Source: Amoebophrya sp. A120
Lineage: Eukaryota > Protista > Dinoflagellata
Length of the DNA: 60,587 nt
Reading direction: 5' to 3'
Assembly (NCBI GenBank): GCA_905178155.1
Contig: CAJINV010000006.1
Coordinates: 1,005,040-1,065,626, forward strand
The notes beneath the pieces are model-generated. The model did not search any database. It was not told the origin of the DNA and saw only the letters and a list, made by a program, of their open reading frames with translations. The number at the start of each line of letters is the position of its first letter. Position 1 is the first letter of the stretch. Both the position numbers and the translations under genes were made by a program. Positions 36,501 to 51,500 of the stretch are shown piece after piece.

Positions 36501-39500
36501 GGAGGTTGTATTGCTGTTCATGCCATACAAGTGAGGGGGAGGGGGAGTTGTGCAGTCTCATAGCTTCCCGGGGATCGCCTTCGGGATGTGCATGAAACCG
36601 AACTACTACATCCAGGACGTGGGCAAAGTGCTATCAAAGTAAAGAATCCCCCCAGCTCCCGATAACAACGAACAAAACTTCTGATGCGACATTTGCGAAC
36701 ACAAATGGGGACTGTATTGCTGTAAGGAACTGCAGCCAGACCCTCGGCCTGTTTAGGGGCGTAATGGTCTAGCTGTTTGGCATGGGAAACGCCTGCCTTG
36801 CAGGCCCAACAGCATGACAAACAGCCTCCATAAAAATGCTGCGCGTACCTCGGCACTTGCCTTCTTGCAAGACAGAAATAGTTTGTGACCAGAAATCTGC
36901 ATAACAAATTTTTTGCAGAAGGATGGATGCCTTTTCAATATGGGGAGGGAGGATTTTTCCGGGCAATAAGTGCACTTCATGATGTGGAGTCACGGGGTGT
37001 CCCGCCCGGTGTATCAGCAGCGCGAGACGATCATTTTTGGCACGGAATTCGACGGGATCATCGACTGCGGGGAGGAGGAGTGCGATGACAAGGGCCGGAT
37101 AAAACTCGTGCCGCAAAACAACGCTCTGTTGAACATTCCGCATTGGCAGTCCGAGGGGACGGGGTGCATATCCAAGAAGAAAAGATTGTAGGTGTAACTT
37201 TTTTTGCGGATCAGCATTACAAATCTGTCTGGAACGAGAGCAGAAACCTGTCATGCGCAGATAGCATGTCAAAACGCGCTTGAATGGTGGACCCTGCAAT
37301 GCATGTCCAGCATGACAGACGGAATCATCTGCTCACGTGTTGCGCATCACAAACTTACACTAACAATGTTTTTTTTCTGCATAGTGGAACATCGCGAGTC
37401 AATCAGAGTTTTACTTCACGCCACCGAACTGTGACGCGACGTCGGGCTCGACTTTTACCACCGTCGACGAGTTTCGGAGAACAAGCGAACAGGGCTATGC
37501 ATTGCAAAAGCATCGTACTCGTAGTTGTATTGCAATACAAATTTTTAGCTCAGCATGATCACAAACGGAACTTCTCATGCTGATTTAGCTTGAAAAAGAG
37601 ATTTGTCTTGCATGACTGCAATTAGTACGAATACGATACTTTTGTACAGGATAGAGGCCCGGATTCCGCGAATTTCAACACCATGCTGAAGGACCCCCAG
37701 CAGGGGTTTCAGATATCAAATGCAAAAATGTCTGGGTCTGGAAGCTTGTTGCTGATACTTGCATTGCAAACTTGCTGCTTGTACGGCATAACAGCATGAG
37801 AAATTTCCCTCGGGTTCTTGCGGATTCATTCGTGTTTAGCATTACAAATTGCCATCCAGCACGACAAAAAAACTGGCCAATGGTATTCATGCATTACAGA
37901 TCTTGTTGTCGTTGAAGTCCTGCTTCACAAATCCAGACCCAGACATTTTTACAATCCATATCAGATGCAAAGGTGCGACTTAGTCCCGGACTCCACGACG
38001 ATAGGGCGGCTCGGGTTTCAGAAAATGTTCATTTCGCAGAAGATGCACAACGACTTTCCGGTTGGGTTGATCTTGGACGTTTGTTTTTCCCATAATCCTA
38101 TCAAATGTAAAAATGTCTGGGTCTGGAAGATTGCCAGGTTTGTGATGCATATTTTGAATGACCCAGGATGTCTGTGATGCATCCCCTAGCATCACAAATT
38201 TTTAGAGGACTTTGTGATGCCTCTACCGCATGAGAAATGACCTCCCCACGTAGCACAAGCTGGAGTCCTTCTGCTGGTAATGCAATACAAATTTTTTTTG
38301 GAATGCAGAGACAGCATTACAAGTTTAGAATCTTCCAGACCCAGACACTTTTACATTTGATAAATCCCATCTACAACGCGACCGTGATAAATCCCGACTA
38401 CAAAATCCCGAAATCTTCCGTCGCTTTGCAAAATGTGACCACGACCTTTTTCAAACTCGGCGAACTCCACATCCACCCAGTCATGATAGATTTCCCCACG
38501 GAGTTCCTGGCGTTAGAATCCCCCGCGACTATCCTGTGCAAAAGCATCGTATTCGTATTGCCATCATGCATTACAAATCTTTTTCTTAAGGCAAATCCGC
38601 ATTACAAATTTTATCTCTCATGCTGAGGAAATTTGTAATGCATTTATACGAGTGCGATACTTTTGCAATTCATAGCGACTTTAACCGTACAATCCGCATG
38701 GCTGGGCACAAGCAACAACTTCCCGGAGCCGAACGAGAATTACTACGACAGCCTCGATCCCAACACAACCGATACCGACTACATTTCGCACCTACTGCCG
38801 TTAGTGGAATTCCCAACGTTGAAAATCCTGTGGGACTATGACCGAAAGTTTGGGAGTAAGGAGTGTTTTGAATACCAACAGTGGCCCTGGAAACAAGACA
38901 CGGATCTGCTAGCCGCGAGGTTCCGGGCGTTAACCTTAAACGACACGATCAGCTACTCCTTTGTCCAAAACTCGGGAAATGCGGAATTACAACGGGGTTT
39001 CCCGCACCAATTAGCCGAGCCCTTCGGCTACTTCGAGGGCATCTGGTGCAAGGACAACAACACAAACTGCACTTGTATCGCAAGAAAAAAGTGTTACAGT
39101 ATACACACTGTGTTGCAAGCCCGGCATGACAGACAACCTCTGTCATGCCGGATAAGCAGAAGCACAGGAGCCTTGTTGCACACGTGTTTTCCCGTAGGAT
39201 TTCTGCATTGCAAGTTTTCTCGCCCATGCAGAGAAATTTGTGTTGCTGCATTGACAACAGATGTGTACTAACTGTAATACACTTTTTTCGTGGGATAATT
39301 TTGAAAGGGGTAAGAACCACGGCCGGGGATTTGCTTTTCGGGAATTTGTATGCACTGCAAAAATATCGTACTCGTATTGCAATCATGCAATACAAATTTT
39401 TTTCTCAAGGTATATCCGCATTACAAATTTTTTTTGTCATGCTGAGCAAATTTGTATTGCAATCTATACTAGCAGGATGCTTTTGCAATGCATAATTTGC

Positions 39501-42500
39501 AAAGAAAAATCCAGGTGATGCCGAAAGTCGCAGGTAGCTTCGCGGTGTGTTACTGTTCGCAAAGGTGTAACCAAGATTCCGCTTACTGGGTTCTCGCGGA
39601 CCGACTCACCGTCGCCGGCCCCTACATGGATCCCGCGGGGAATGTTTACCGACTCACCTCGCGCGTCCAGGGCGCTTTCACGGTCCCCGGATTTGGGTTT
39701 AAGACGACGAACCGGTTGAAAATCATCCCGCAGGAGGACAGCTGCTTCCAAACGGAGAATATCAACTGCAAATATGTCTGGGTCTGGAAGAGTGCAGCGA
39801 GGTTTGTCATGCATGTCTCGCGTGACCCATGACGCCTGTAATGCATGGCCTAGCCTCACAGAGTTTTAGAAGGCTGCCTGATGCCTATTCCGCATTACAA
39901 ATTCCCTCACCGCGTAGCACAAACTGGACTCCTCTTGCTGGTCTGTCATGCAATAAAAATCTTTTTAGAATCCAAACACAGCATCACAAGTTCCATCCTT
40001 CCACACCCAGACATAATATTTGGAATGCATGGAGAACATCACCCTGACTCCGACATTAAACCAGTGTTTGGTCGGGATCGGGTATCAAGAAGAAAAATCC
40101 CCCCTCTCCATGTCAAAACGAAGTTTCTGATGCTGGATTTGGGTACACAAATTAGATTTGTCTTGCTGGCGAGGACTGCAGACCGAAACGAAGCCTGAAG
40201 AGTAGAGATGCCTTGACCTAGGCACTTGTGGCATGAAAAACGTGTGTGTTGTAGGCCCCACAGCATGACAAACCGCCCTCCATAATGTGGCGGAGCCGGT
40301 GGAGTTGCCGTCTTGCAAGACAGACGCGATTTGTGGTCACAAATCAGCAACACAAATTTTCGAAAACCTACCTCGTCAATATGGGGAGGGGGGATTTTTC
40401 CTCCCAATATCGGGTGCCGGCCGCACGACATGCCGTACGGCGATGACACGGTGATGCCGGATCTGTTCCCGACCATATTGAACGACGCTACGTGGGTATC
40501 GCAAGAAAAAAGTGTTACAGTCACACTCACACATTGTGTTGCAGGCGAAGCAAGACAGACAAGCTCTGTCATGCCGGATATGCATAGGAGCCTCGTTTCA
40601 TAGGTGTTTTCCCGTGATATTTCTGCATTACAAGTTTTCTCACTCATGCAGAGAAATTTGTGTTGCTGAATTCACTACAACAAATGTGTAACTGTAACAC
40701 TTTTTTCGTGGGATAGTGGGCGCCGAACAACCGGTACATCACGCAGTTTCAGCGAGTGGTAGCGGATCCAGTCAACGCACCAACCGTCGGATCCACGTGG
40801 GTGACCTTCACCGGCGTGCACTTACTGAAGCCGGGGGACGTCATATGCATTGCAAAAATGTCTGGGTCTGGAAAAGTGGAACTTGTGTTGCATGTCTTGC
40901 ATTCCTGAAAAATCTGTGTTGCACAGCCAGCGAGAAAGGCGCTACTTTTTCGTCCTGCAAAAACGCAGTTTATCATGCGTGCTACGTATCAGACGGCGTC
41001 AAGTATACTAATGCTTGTCATGCTTGGCTGCACTTGAAAGCGCCTGTCTTATCCAAACTTTAGCATCACTAATTTCCAGACCCAGACATATTTGCATTTG
41101 ATACGTCATCCACTTCGACGACTTGATCCCCACTGCGGATCACCCGATGAAAGTGACGGATTTGATGCGGATGATTCGTATGCATTGCAAAAGTATCGTA
41201 CTCGTATAAATGCAGCATTACAAATCTCCTCAGCTGCATGAGAAATAAAAGTTGTAATGCGAGGTTAGCTTCAGAAAAAAATTTGTAATGCCTGATCGCA
41301 ATTACTACGAGTTAGTACGATACTTTTGCACAGGATGATTCGGGCGAAAAACGTGGGGCACAAGATTCTCGAAGTGGAAACGCTTCGGGCGCGGATCGCG
41401 TTGGATTTGAAAGGTTTTGACGATTCCTTCCCGAATAATTATGCTGTGCAAAAGTATCGTACTCGTATAAATGCAGGTCTTGCATTACAAATTTCTTTGT
41501 CAAGGCAAATCAGCATTACAAATTTCATCTCATGCTGAGAAAATTTGTAATGCATCTATACGAGTACGATACTTTTGCAGTTCATAATAATGATTATCCA
41601 ACAATCAACTTCGCGAGCGGAAAATGGAGACGGACGAACGTGTTAGAAATCCCGTTTCTGTTTTCCCCGGTCGGTATCACGGGGCTAAAACTCTGTTGGT
41701 CGGATATCAAATGTAAAAATGTCTGGGTCTGGAAGGATCCAAGGTTTGTCATGCACATTTTGCATGACTCCTAATGTCTGTGATGCATGCCCTAGCATCA
41801 CAGATTTTGTGAGGGCTTCCTGATGCCTATACCGCATGACAAATGCTCTTTCCGTGTAGCAAAACCTGGACTCTCTTTGCTGCTCGTGCAATACAGATTT
41901 TTTTAGAATCCAAATGCAGCATCACAAGTTCCAACTTTCCAGACCCAGACATTTTTGCAATCCATATCGGACGGGGAGGTGCAACCCGGATCCGCCTTGC
42001 AGGAGGTTCTATGCATTGCAAATATGTCTGGGTCTGGAATCAACTTGTGATGTGGCCTGGACACGCATGAGGAGGCCTGAATTGGCGTCCAAGCATGACA
42101 AGTTTTTGCGTTGCTAGGTCGTGTTGCCTATTCTGCATGGTATGCTACGCTTCCGTATGACAAAAAATGGGCTCCTGGTCCTGCTTGGGTAACGTGCATG
42201 ACAGACTTAAGAGTCATGCCGGCCGAGCATGACAAACCTTACAGTCTTCCAGAAGTAGACCCCGACAGAATTGCAGTGCATAGGTTCTCTACAAGAAAGA
42301 AGCCGGGGTGTTTTTCGTCGACCCACCCCCACCACTCGGTGGGATCTCCATGGTACGCATTGCAAAGCAAGTTACTCGTGTTTAGTGCAAACTGCATCAC
42401 AAATTTGCTCAGCATAAAAAATTGAGTTTGTCATGCTGTTCACCCTAGGGAAGCAGATTTGTCATGCAGATCTGCAATTTATTACTACGAGTATTATAGT

Positions 42501-45500
42501 TTTGCAGTGTATACATGGAGCTAACCAGCACTCTGATGGCGGTTCCCGCGCCAGTGATTATCACGTTTAAAACTTCTTCCACCACTTACTTTGAATCGGT
42601 GAAAAACGAAATGCGGTTGCGACTCGCGGTCCCCTATATCAATCGGATCGAGATGTGGAGCTCCGATGGCAGTCACAAGATAGAAAGGGATTTGGACAAA
42701 AACGAGATCCACGAACGGGATCAGGGGACGTGCGGGTACATTTTGCGGGAGGTTTGGTCGAACGACACGTCCATAGCCGATGAGTACAACGCGGTCGGAA
42801 CGAAGTATGAAAAAAGGGATCTGGAAGCCGGGACGTTCCCCGTGCCTCAGGGGTGCTACTACGACATTGCCAATGAGCAGTTCGAGCTGATTGTGGTTTT
42901 GGAGAAGGGTAACGGACTGAAAAAGGACACGGAGTACCAGGTAGAGAAATGTTCAGGGCTGCCGCTGCGCCGGTTTTTCTTTTGATTTTTTTGTCATTGT
43001 CATTTGTGAACCCTCTCTAGTGAGAACGATTTTATTGCATAGATACGATGCAACTACAGCAACACAAATGATCTGTATAATTCCATACCAGATTGTCGTC
43101 TTCGCCCGTATGCTCCGGCAAGACGCGGTCTTCCAAGTGACGATTTTTGGCGACATGGAAACGGATTTTTCCCGCGTGGTCGAATTAGAAGATGTTTTCC
43201 TTTACGCATTGCAAATATGTCTGGGTCTGGAAGAATGCATGACTTGTCATGCTAGTCTGGCATGACTTTGAGGTCTGTAATGCATAGGCACGAACAGGAG
43301 CCGCCCCTCTTGCCTGTCATGCACAGACGCCATAATTTACCATACCATGCAGAATACGCAACAGCTAGCAGGTGAAAAATTTGTCTTGCTCTTCTGCCGA
43401 TTCAACTGCGCTCATCAATTGCAGAGTTGCATTACAAGTTCCCAGATGACCCTCGCACAGGACATATTTGCAGTGGATATTCTTCCAAAACCCCTCCAAT
43501 CTTGGAACATGTCCGAGCCGTTTTGTTACACAGGGCAGTGGGACTGCGAGCTAGGTGGATCCTTGACGAATCAGCAATACTCCCGGCGGGGTATACTCCA
43601 CCCCACTCGGGGCATGATGGTCTACGCCGAGGAATCACACGAGGTGGGAAGGAATCAGTCCTTCATGTTTTTGTTGCAATCAGAGTCGAAAAACTCGGTC
43701 ATCATCGGCGAGCAAATTGTCCGGATCTTCATGTGGCCATTGACCCACTGGCGACTCCCGGACACGACCACTTGCGCTTCGAAGTGTTTCAAGCAAATCG
43801 GGGCGCAGGACTACGCAGATGGTCTACCGAGGGACTGTGCCCAATTCCAGCCACAGTGCGAGATGATCCCGCTGAATGAAAACTGCACGGATACGCAAGT
43901 CAGGATTCTAGGAACCTTAATCGACGAAGATTGGCGGGACAGCCGGAACGCAAACCACACGTGTAATTTCTACAAGGAAAATTCGTACAAGGAGCTCGAT
44001 CCGGACACCGGTTTAGTCCGGATAGGTGGGATGTGCTTGACCGACGGGGGGCTCTACCCGTACAAGAACAAAGTGGCCAACCAGGTTTGCTGTGCGTGTA
44101 ACGGGGGATCGAGATATGAGATCAAAAAAGCGATGAAAATTTATTTACCGGCTGGAATGGAGAAGAAATCGAGAATACGGGGTTATGACGAGCAGAACAT
44201 GTTTCACGTTTCCTGGTCGCATCTATCAGAGTTCACAACTCCCCCTCATCTCCCTCGTTTGTAATGCAAAAATGCTAAACCCTGTCTGAGCCTTTTGGCT
44301 GTGCTTGCATGACAAGTTCTCAAACCCCAAACTGCACTATGCTCCGTGCGTGGATTTGTAATGCAGAGACTGTATTTCTGACATGGTTTCTGTTGCTAGA
44401 AATGCACTACAAATGAGGGGGACGAGGGGGAGTTGTGCACTGTCATAGCATCGACAACCGGAGGGGTTCTTCAACACCAGGTGGGGCGTATCAGGGTGCA
44501 CAACTCTCCCTCCCCCTCATTTGTCATGCAAAATTCCAAAGCAAAAGTAAAGCAAAGCTACCTTTTGCCTGTTAGCACTTTTTGCATGACAGATTCAAGA
44601 AGCCAAATTAGCACTACAATTCTCTAAAAATTTGTCATGCAAAAGCTGCATGTTTGCCGGCGCTTTTGTTGCTGTTCATGCACCACAAACGAGGTGGAGG
44701 GGGAGTTGTGCACGGTTATAGGGCGTGCAACTAACAGACCGGAACGACAGTTTTCCATCCTACACGGTAACAAGCGGCGCGTATTTGTTCCAGTCGCCCG
44801 ACTACGTGACTCTGAACACGGTGACAGCGGTATGCATTGCAAACATGTCTGGGTCTGGAAGGATGCAACTTCTTCTCATGCTAAATCTGAATCATGCAAA
44901 ACATCTGTGTTGCGCGACTACCAACAGCCGCCCCTTTTTACCAAGTTGATGAGAGGGAATTTCTCAGGCAGGATAGGCATGATAGAGAACTTACAGAATT
45001 TGTCATGCCAGGTGCTGCATTCCAGACCTCGCGGGTCATCCTCATCGAAAACCTCCATGCAAATCTGACATCCTTCCAGACCCCCGACACATTTGCATTC
45101 GATAAGCGGCCATTGTGAACAAACGCGGCTACGTATCCCACGAAAAAACTGTTTCACTGTGATGACTTTGCAAGATCTGCATCACAAGTTTCTTACACAT
45201 GACGCAGAAAATTTGGCATGCGCGCTTGCAAAGGGAAAACGCCCTTAGAGAGTCAAGCTCTTGCAGGTGTAGCAAGACAAAGAGTTCTGTGTTCCATTCT
45301 ATGCATCACAAGTTCACAGTGAAACAGTTTTTTCTTGCGATACTACGTCGACCCGTTTCCGTTCGCGGAGGCGAAGGGGAATATCCTGAGCAAAAACCTC
45401 CCCAACCCATAGTCAAGTTGGTAAATCTGCAACAAAAATCGCCAAGCTTTGGGAGTTGTGCATGACACGTTTGTCCTCGTAGTGTAATCCTGTTTAGCTA

Positions 45501-48500
45501 GTGGAGCAGCATCACAAATCTAGCACATCGCGCCGGTTTTAGCATCACAAATCCCAGAGAACGACTCGAAAACGCTTATTGGGGCTCCGCATGAGAAACT
45601 TTTTTGGCATGCGCATTTGCATTACAGCTCTGGGGTGGGGACGTTTTTGTTGAGGATGGGCAACGCGTTTTACCTACGGTTCGTCCTCCCGTATTCTTTA
45701 TCGCCCAGCACGGTGTGGAAATTAAACTTACCCGTTGGGTATAAATGCAACTCTCTCTCCCCGGTCGCGAACGATTTTCCCTACATCAACGACACCAGCA
45801 CGGGCCATGTGCGGTACAACGGGCAGGTCGGGGCGGAGATGATCACGTACGATAAGAATAAATGCATCATCACACTCGATTCCCGGTCGCGGTTCTACCA
45901 AAAACAGCGGTTCTGGTTCTACCTCCAAGTGGACAACCCAGCAGACCCGCTGTCGAAGTACGACAGTACCAATTTCTGGGAGTGGGTATCCTATGTAAAA
46001 TCGTCCCCACGAACCCATAGTCAAGATGCAGAATCGGCTAGACAAATCCGCAAGCTTTGGCTGTTTTGCATGACAGATTTGATGGGCTCGTATTGTAGTG
46101 CTGCTTGAGGTACTGCAGCAGCATCACAGGTCTAGGTATATCGTGCTAATTGGAGCATGACAAATCCCAAAACACGACTAGAAAATGCTTCTCATGGGGC
46201 TCCCGCCCATGAGAAACATTTTCAGCATGCAGATTTGCACTACAACTCTGGGGTCGTCGTGGGGACGTTTTTAAATACGATAGTGGGAAATCACTTCCGC
46301 CGGGGACATGGTGAACGGGATAACCCCGGATGAGTACAAGGTTATGAACTGCAAAAGCATCGTAGTAGTTGCAATCATGCACATACAAATCTCCATCCCA
46401 AGGCAAAACAGCATGACAAATTCCATTTGTCATGCTGACCGAATTTGTGATGCGATTTCTACTTAGCACGATGCTTTTGCAATGCATAAAGGTTCAGTCT
46501 TTACAGAACGGGGGTCTTGGCGTCCCAGCGGAGTTTAATGAGATGCTCTATCAAATGCAAATATGTCTGGGTCTGGGAGATTGCGAGGTTTGTCATGCTA
46601 CTCTGGCATGACTCTGAGCTCTGTATTGCGTGGCCGCGAAGAGCTTCTGCTGTTCCCTGTCATGCAAAAACGGCAAAAACGCAGCCTCTCATGCAGAATA
46701 CGCAACTCAAAACCACAGAAAAACTTGTCATGCTAGGCAGCGCATTACAGTGCTCTCACTATTCCCTTCCTTGCATCACAAGTTTCCAGACATAGTTGCA
46801 ACGCATATGCTCGCGGAAACAACCAGATTAGGGGCGAACTACTACGCGCCGCCTTTATTTGTATCAAATGCAAAAATGTCTGGGTCTGGAAGATTGCGAG
46901 ATCTGTCATGCTTGTCCGGCATGACCAAAAAGTTTGTGATGCGTGTCCAAGAAGAGACCCTTTTGCCTGTCATGCAAAAACGCAGTTTGTCATGCGAAAC
47001 ACGCAACACAAAGAAGCGCAGATATTTCTCATGCTGGGCTGTGCATTACAGAGCGTTCCCTATTCCCAGCGCAGCATTACAAGTTTCCAGACCCAGACAT
47101 TTTTGCATTTGATAATTTGTCGACCCGAACAACTACATGTTTCACGTTTATCCCTTATGCAATACAAATTTCCCGCACATGTCTAAAATGCATGACAAAT
47201 CTTTTCGGTAACTTGGAGTGCTGTCCAGCTTGTCATGCTAACTAAGGTTGAGGGCAAGCTTTGTGATGCAGAAACAGTAGTTGCAGTAGTTGTACGTGTA
47301 CGGGAAATTTACTGTGGACACCCCTTCGCCCCGATCATGTCGGAAAGAAATTCCTGGCCGCTGAACCCGAGTAGGAATAGCAGCAAGGTGATGCAGTCGC
47401 TGATAAGCCCGGTGGAGCAGCCACATTCGCTCCAAGACGTGGTGATTTATTCTCTGCAAAAGTATCGTACTTGTAGTTGTATAAATGCATTACAAATTTT
47501 CTCAGCATGAGAACTGGATTTTGTCATGCTGTTTTACCTTAAGGACAAGATTTGTCATGCATAATTGCAATTAGTACAACTACGAGTGCGATACTTTTGC
47601 AATGCATATGATTCTAGGCGAACCCTACCGGTTGGTCTTACCGAACGACTACTTGTGGACGCGGAACTTCACGGTGCTCGGGACGTTGGTACAGAGATCG
47701 GCGTTATTACAGCCATATCAACGGCAAATGTGTCTGGGTCTGGAAGAAAGCAAGCTTGTCATGCTTGTCTCACATGACTCTTAAATCTGTAATGCATGAG
47801 CAGAAATGCATCCTCTTAGCTGTCATGCAAAAATGCAGTTTGTGTTTGACATGCGTGGCTGCGTAACACAGTGCGCCCACCATTCGCCAACTAGCATCAC
47901 AGGTTTCCAGACCCACACATATTTTCAGTTCATAAGCCAGTCCACCTCCAGTTCAACAAGCAAACGGTTTTCCAGGTTATGGAATGCAAAAGCATCGTAC
48001 TGTAGTATAAATTGCATTACAAATTAGACCAGCATTACAAATTTATTTTGTAATGCTGATCTACCTTGAGAAAGAGATTTGCAATGCATAAATGCGATTA
48101 CTACGAGTACGACACTTTTGCAATGCATACAGGTGTTTTTCAAACTCAACCGGAAACAAACCGTGCCGAACGGGGGGTTAAGATTGGATTTCCCGGACGG
48201 GTTCTTGGTAATGGAGGTTTGCTACACTTTTGACATCCCGGAGATGTACTCCAGACATGTGTACCAACAAATGTATTCCACGGTGTTTGAGCCAACCTAT
48301 TCCGTCGGGCAAATCCTTTCCTGTCGAGGGAGTTACAAAATTCCGCGGATGGATCAGAACCCAAAGGTGCCGCATTTCGACCGGGCGACGATATTATTAG
48401 GCGACCCCCTCTTAATCGGGTACACCTACGCGTTTGAGATCGTGATCACCCCGCCGACCTACGACTACTATCAAACGTACCTGAAGCCGACCATTGACGC

Positions 48501-51500
48501 GAGTTTGAGTAACCCGAACGGGAACAAATACGTCTTCTCTTTGTCGACGTTGAGCCCGGTGGGCGAGGCACTGGAGATGACTTATTCAACTTTGGCGTTC
48601 AACCCCATGGAGTATATCTACGAAACGCCGACGGAGCAAGACCCGTCAACCGGCACCCACGACAGTTTCCCGTTACACCAGTTTGAACTGATTCACCCGG
48701 ATTACATCTTACACGACCCGAGACCCTACTCCTTGACGAAAACACCAACCCCCATCACGATCCACAACTTGGTTTTAGGTGGGTTGTCGGGGATTTTAAA
48801 AGTCACCGCGCCGATTGGGTACGTGTGGGACTGGGAGGCGGCGAAGTTGAACAGTTACTGGACACAGTGTAGGAATTGCAAAAGTAAATCGTACTAGTAT
48901 GAATTGCATTACAAATTGGCTCAGCATTACAAAGAAAATTTGTATTGCGAATTTACCTTCGCAGCTAGATTTGTAATGCATAAATAAGTGCAATTCCAAT
49001 TCGTACGAGTGCGATACTTTTGCAACAGGATACAGTGGGAACTGTCTTTAGAGCCGTATCTGAACAAACCGTACACGACGGAGATTGCGAAAAATTCCAC
49101 GGAGTACTACAGTACAAACTTGACAGTGAATGTATGGCGTTCTCAAACGTTACATTCTCAGCTGTTACATGAATTTGCAATGCAAGACTAGCACAGGTGA
49201 GAGAGAGAGCCTTGCGCGTCTTGCATTACAGGTTTGGTGCGGATTACAGTGCTATTTAGCCCTCCTGGAATTTGTCATGCGAAGCAGCTCGATCGTCTGG
49301 CGGGTCATGGTGATTTTGCATGACAAATCGTGTAACAGTTGAGAATGTAACGTTTGAGAACCCCATAGAATGGGACTTTCGAAGACTGTCCGGTCCCGAT
49401 AACCCCAACCGGCCAGTTCAACAAAAGAGACAGCAACGTGTTGCTTTTCAACGACCCGGGGTGTAAATGGGAAAACGGCAAGGTGTTCGCGTTCAGGACC
49501 TGGATCCAAGTACCGGACTACAACCCGGTGACTTCAACAACAAGATGGTACGTGGAAATCGTCAACGCGACGGAGCCGGGCTCATTAGCGAGTGCTAACG
49601 ACGGGTCCATCGTCAGGCCGCATGACAACGTGCGGAGTTCCGATGTGTACGCGACAATGCTGGCAAAGGACGTGGCGGTGATCCGGAATTTCGCGGTCTC
49701 TATGGACAACGTGATGCCGTACGGGTTTGGAAATCTCACGTTTGAATTCGAGTTGACTCAATCACTACCGATCAACGGCACCATTGAAATATCACGAGAA
49801 AAAAGTGTTACAGTTACACATTTGTACGGAGTTTCTGCATCACAAACTTTCTCTGTGTGGCAGAGAAAACCTGTGATGCGAAGATCCTAAAGGAAAACAG
49901 GAAGGAAACAAGGCTCCCAAGCATTTCCGGCATGAGAAAGGTTGCGTGACAATGTGTAACAACTGTAGCGCTTTTTTCTTGCGATATGAAATCGACTCCC
50001 CCTACACTTTCAACTTCACGCAATTCTACCCGTTTGACGGGTACGACGAAAGATTGAATCCGAAGCTAGCGGAGGAGCCGATGTGCAAGGTTTTTAACAT
50101 GTCGACGTTGAAAACGCCGGAGCAGATCGCGGCCGAGCAGGTTGTCTACGAAGATCCGGACGTGCAGGCGCTGTCTGATCTTTCCACGAACGGAACTCGG
50201 TATTTATCAAATGTAAAAATGTCTGGGTCTGGAAGAATGCAAGATTTGTGATGCAGGTTTTCCATTACCCATGAGGTCTGGAATGCGAGACCCAGCATGG
50301 CAGATTCTTTGAGGTCTCTATCATGCCTTTCCTGCATGAGAAACTCCCTCTCAACTTGGCCAAAAGCGGACAGCTTTTGGCACTCACGCAACACAGATTT
50401 TTGCATCATTTAGATTTAGCATGACAAGTTCTAATCTTCCAGACCCAGACATTTTTGCATTTGATAGTATTTACCGGAAAACAACCCCATGCCCATCGAC
50501 ATCGTCTGTCGGACGGTTTACTACTGGGAAATATCCTGTGCAAAAGTATCGTGCTCGTAGTAATTGCAGTCATGCATTGCAAACTTTTTGCTCAAGGTAA
50601 ATCCGCATTACAAAGTTCATTTCTCATGCTGAGGGAATTCGTCATGCATTTATACGAGTGCGATGCTTTTGCACTGCATAGGAAACCCAGGTGGTGGATT
50701 TGGAAGCGAAGTTTCTGTTTTCCGGGGTGAACCGGGCGATTTTATCGTCTCCGAAAGTCGGCCGGTTTCTGAAAGGGAAATACAGGTTGGCTTTGGAAGT
50801 GAGAAACCCGGGGCCAGATCCGGTTTTGAATTCTGTGGACAACAACATGCCTTGCGGGTACAGGAATTGCTTCACGATCATCTCCATGTTCCGGAACATT
50901 CGGGTTTTGGAAGAGTCGAAAAGAATCTTTGAAGACGATCCAAGCAGCTTTCACTCGACCCCCTTTATGTGGCTGAAAATCGCGGAGCCGTACCCGTTGG
51001 AGATCCCTGGATCCGCGGATATTCCCTGGATCAACTACGGGGATAACGTGTTTCTCGCCAGTTATCTACAGAACCCGGCCAATCCCAACGCTTTAACCGG
51101 TTTCGACCCCTACAAAGCGTATCTCACCGGGACGAGCCGGTGGCTTTCCTTGTCCGACCGAATTGTGGAGTACCAGTACGAGAAATTTGCGTCCGTTCGG
51201 ATGCCGGAGATCCGCTACGCGATGAAGTCTTTTCAAATCGTGGAAACGACCGATTTCGATGAAATCCGCGCGACGGGCAGGTGTGACCGGCCGGGGTGTA
51301 AAAACTCTATTATTCTCGTCTTCCACCTAGCCGGTTGGGCGACGCCCGGGTTGATCTACAACTGGGAACTCATCTACCAAGCGAACGAAACCACCGGCGG
51401 GGCGGTGATCACCGACGAAGACATTCGGGATATCACCCTCTGCCCGAACTGCACCTACCCGGGCACTGTGATCGTCGATACGAAGCCGGACGACCAACCA

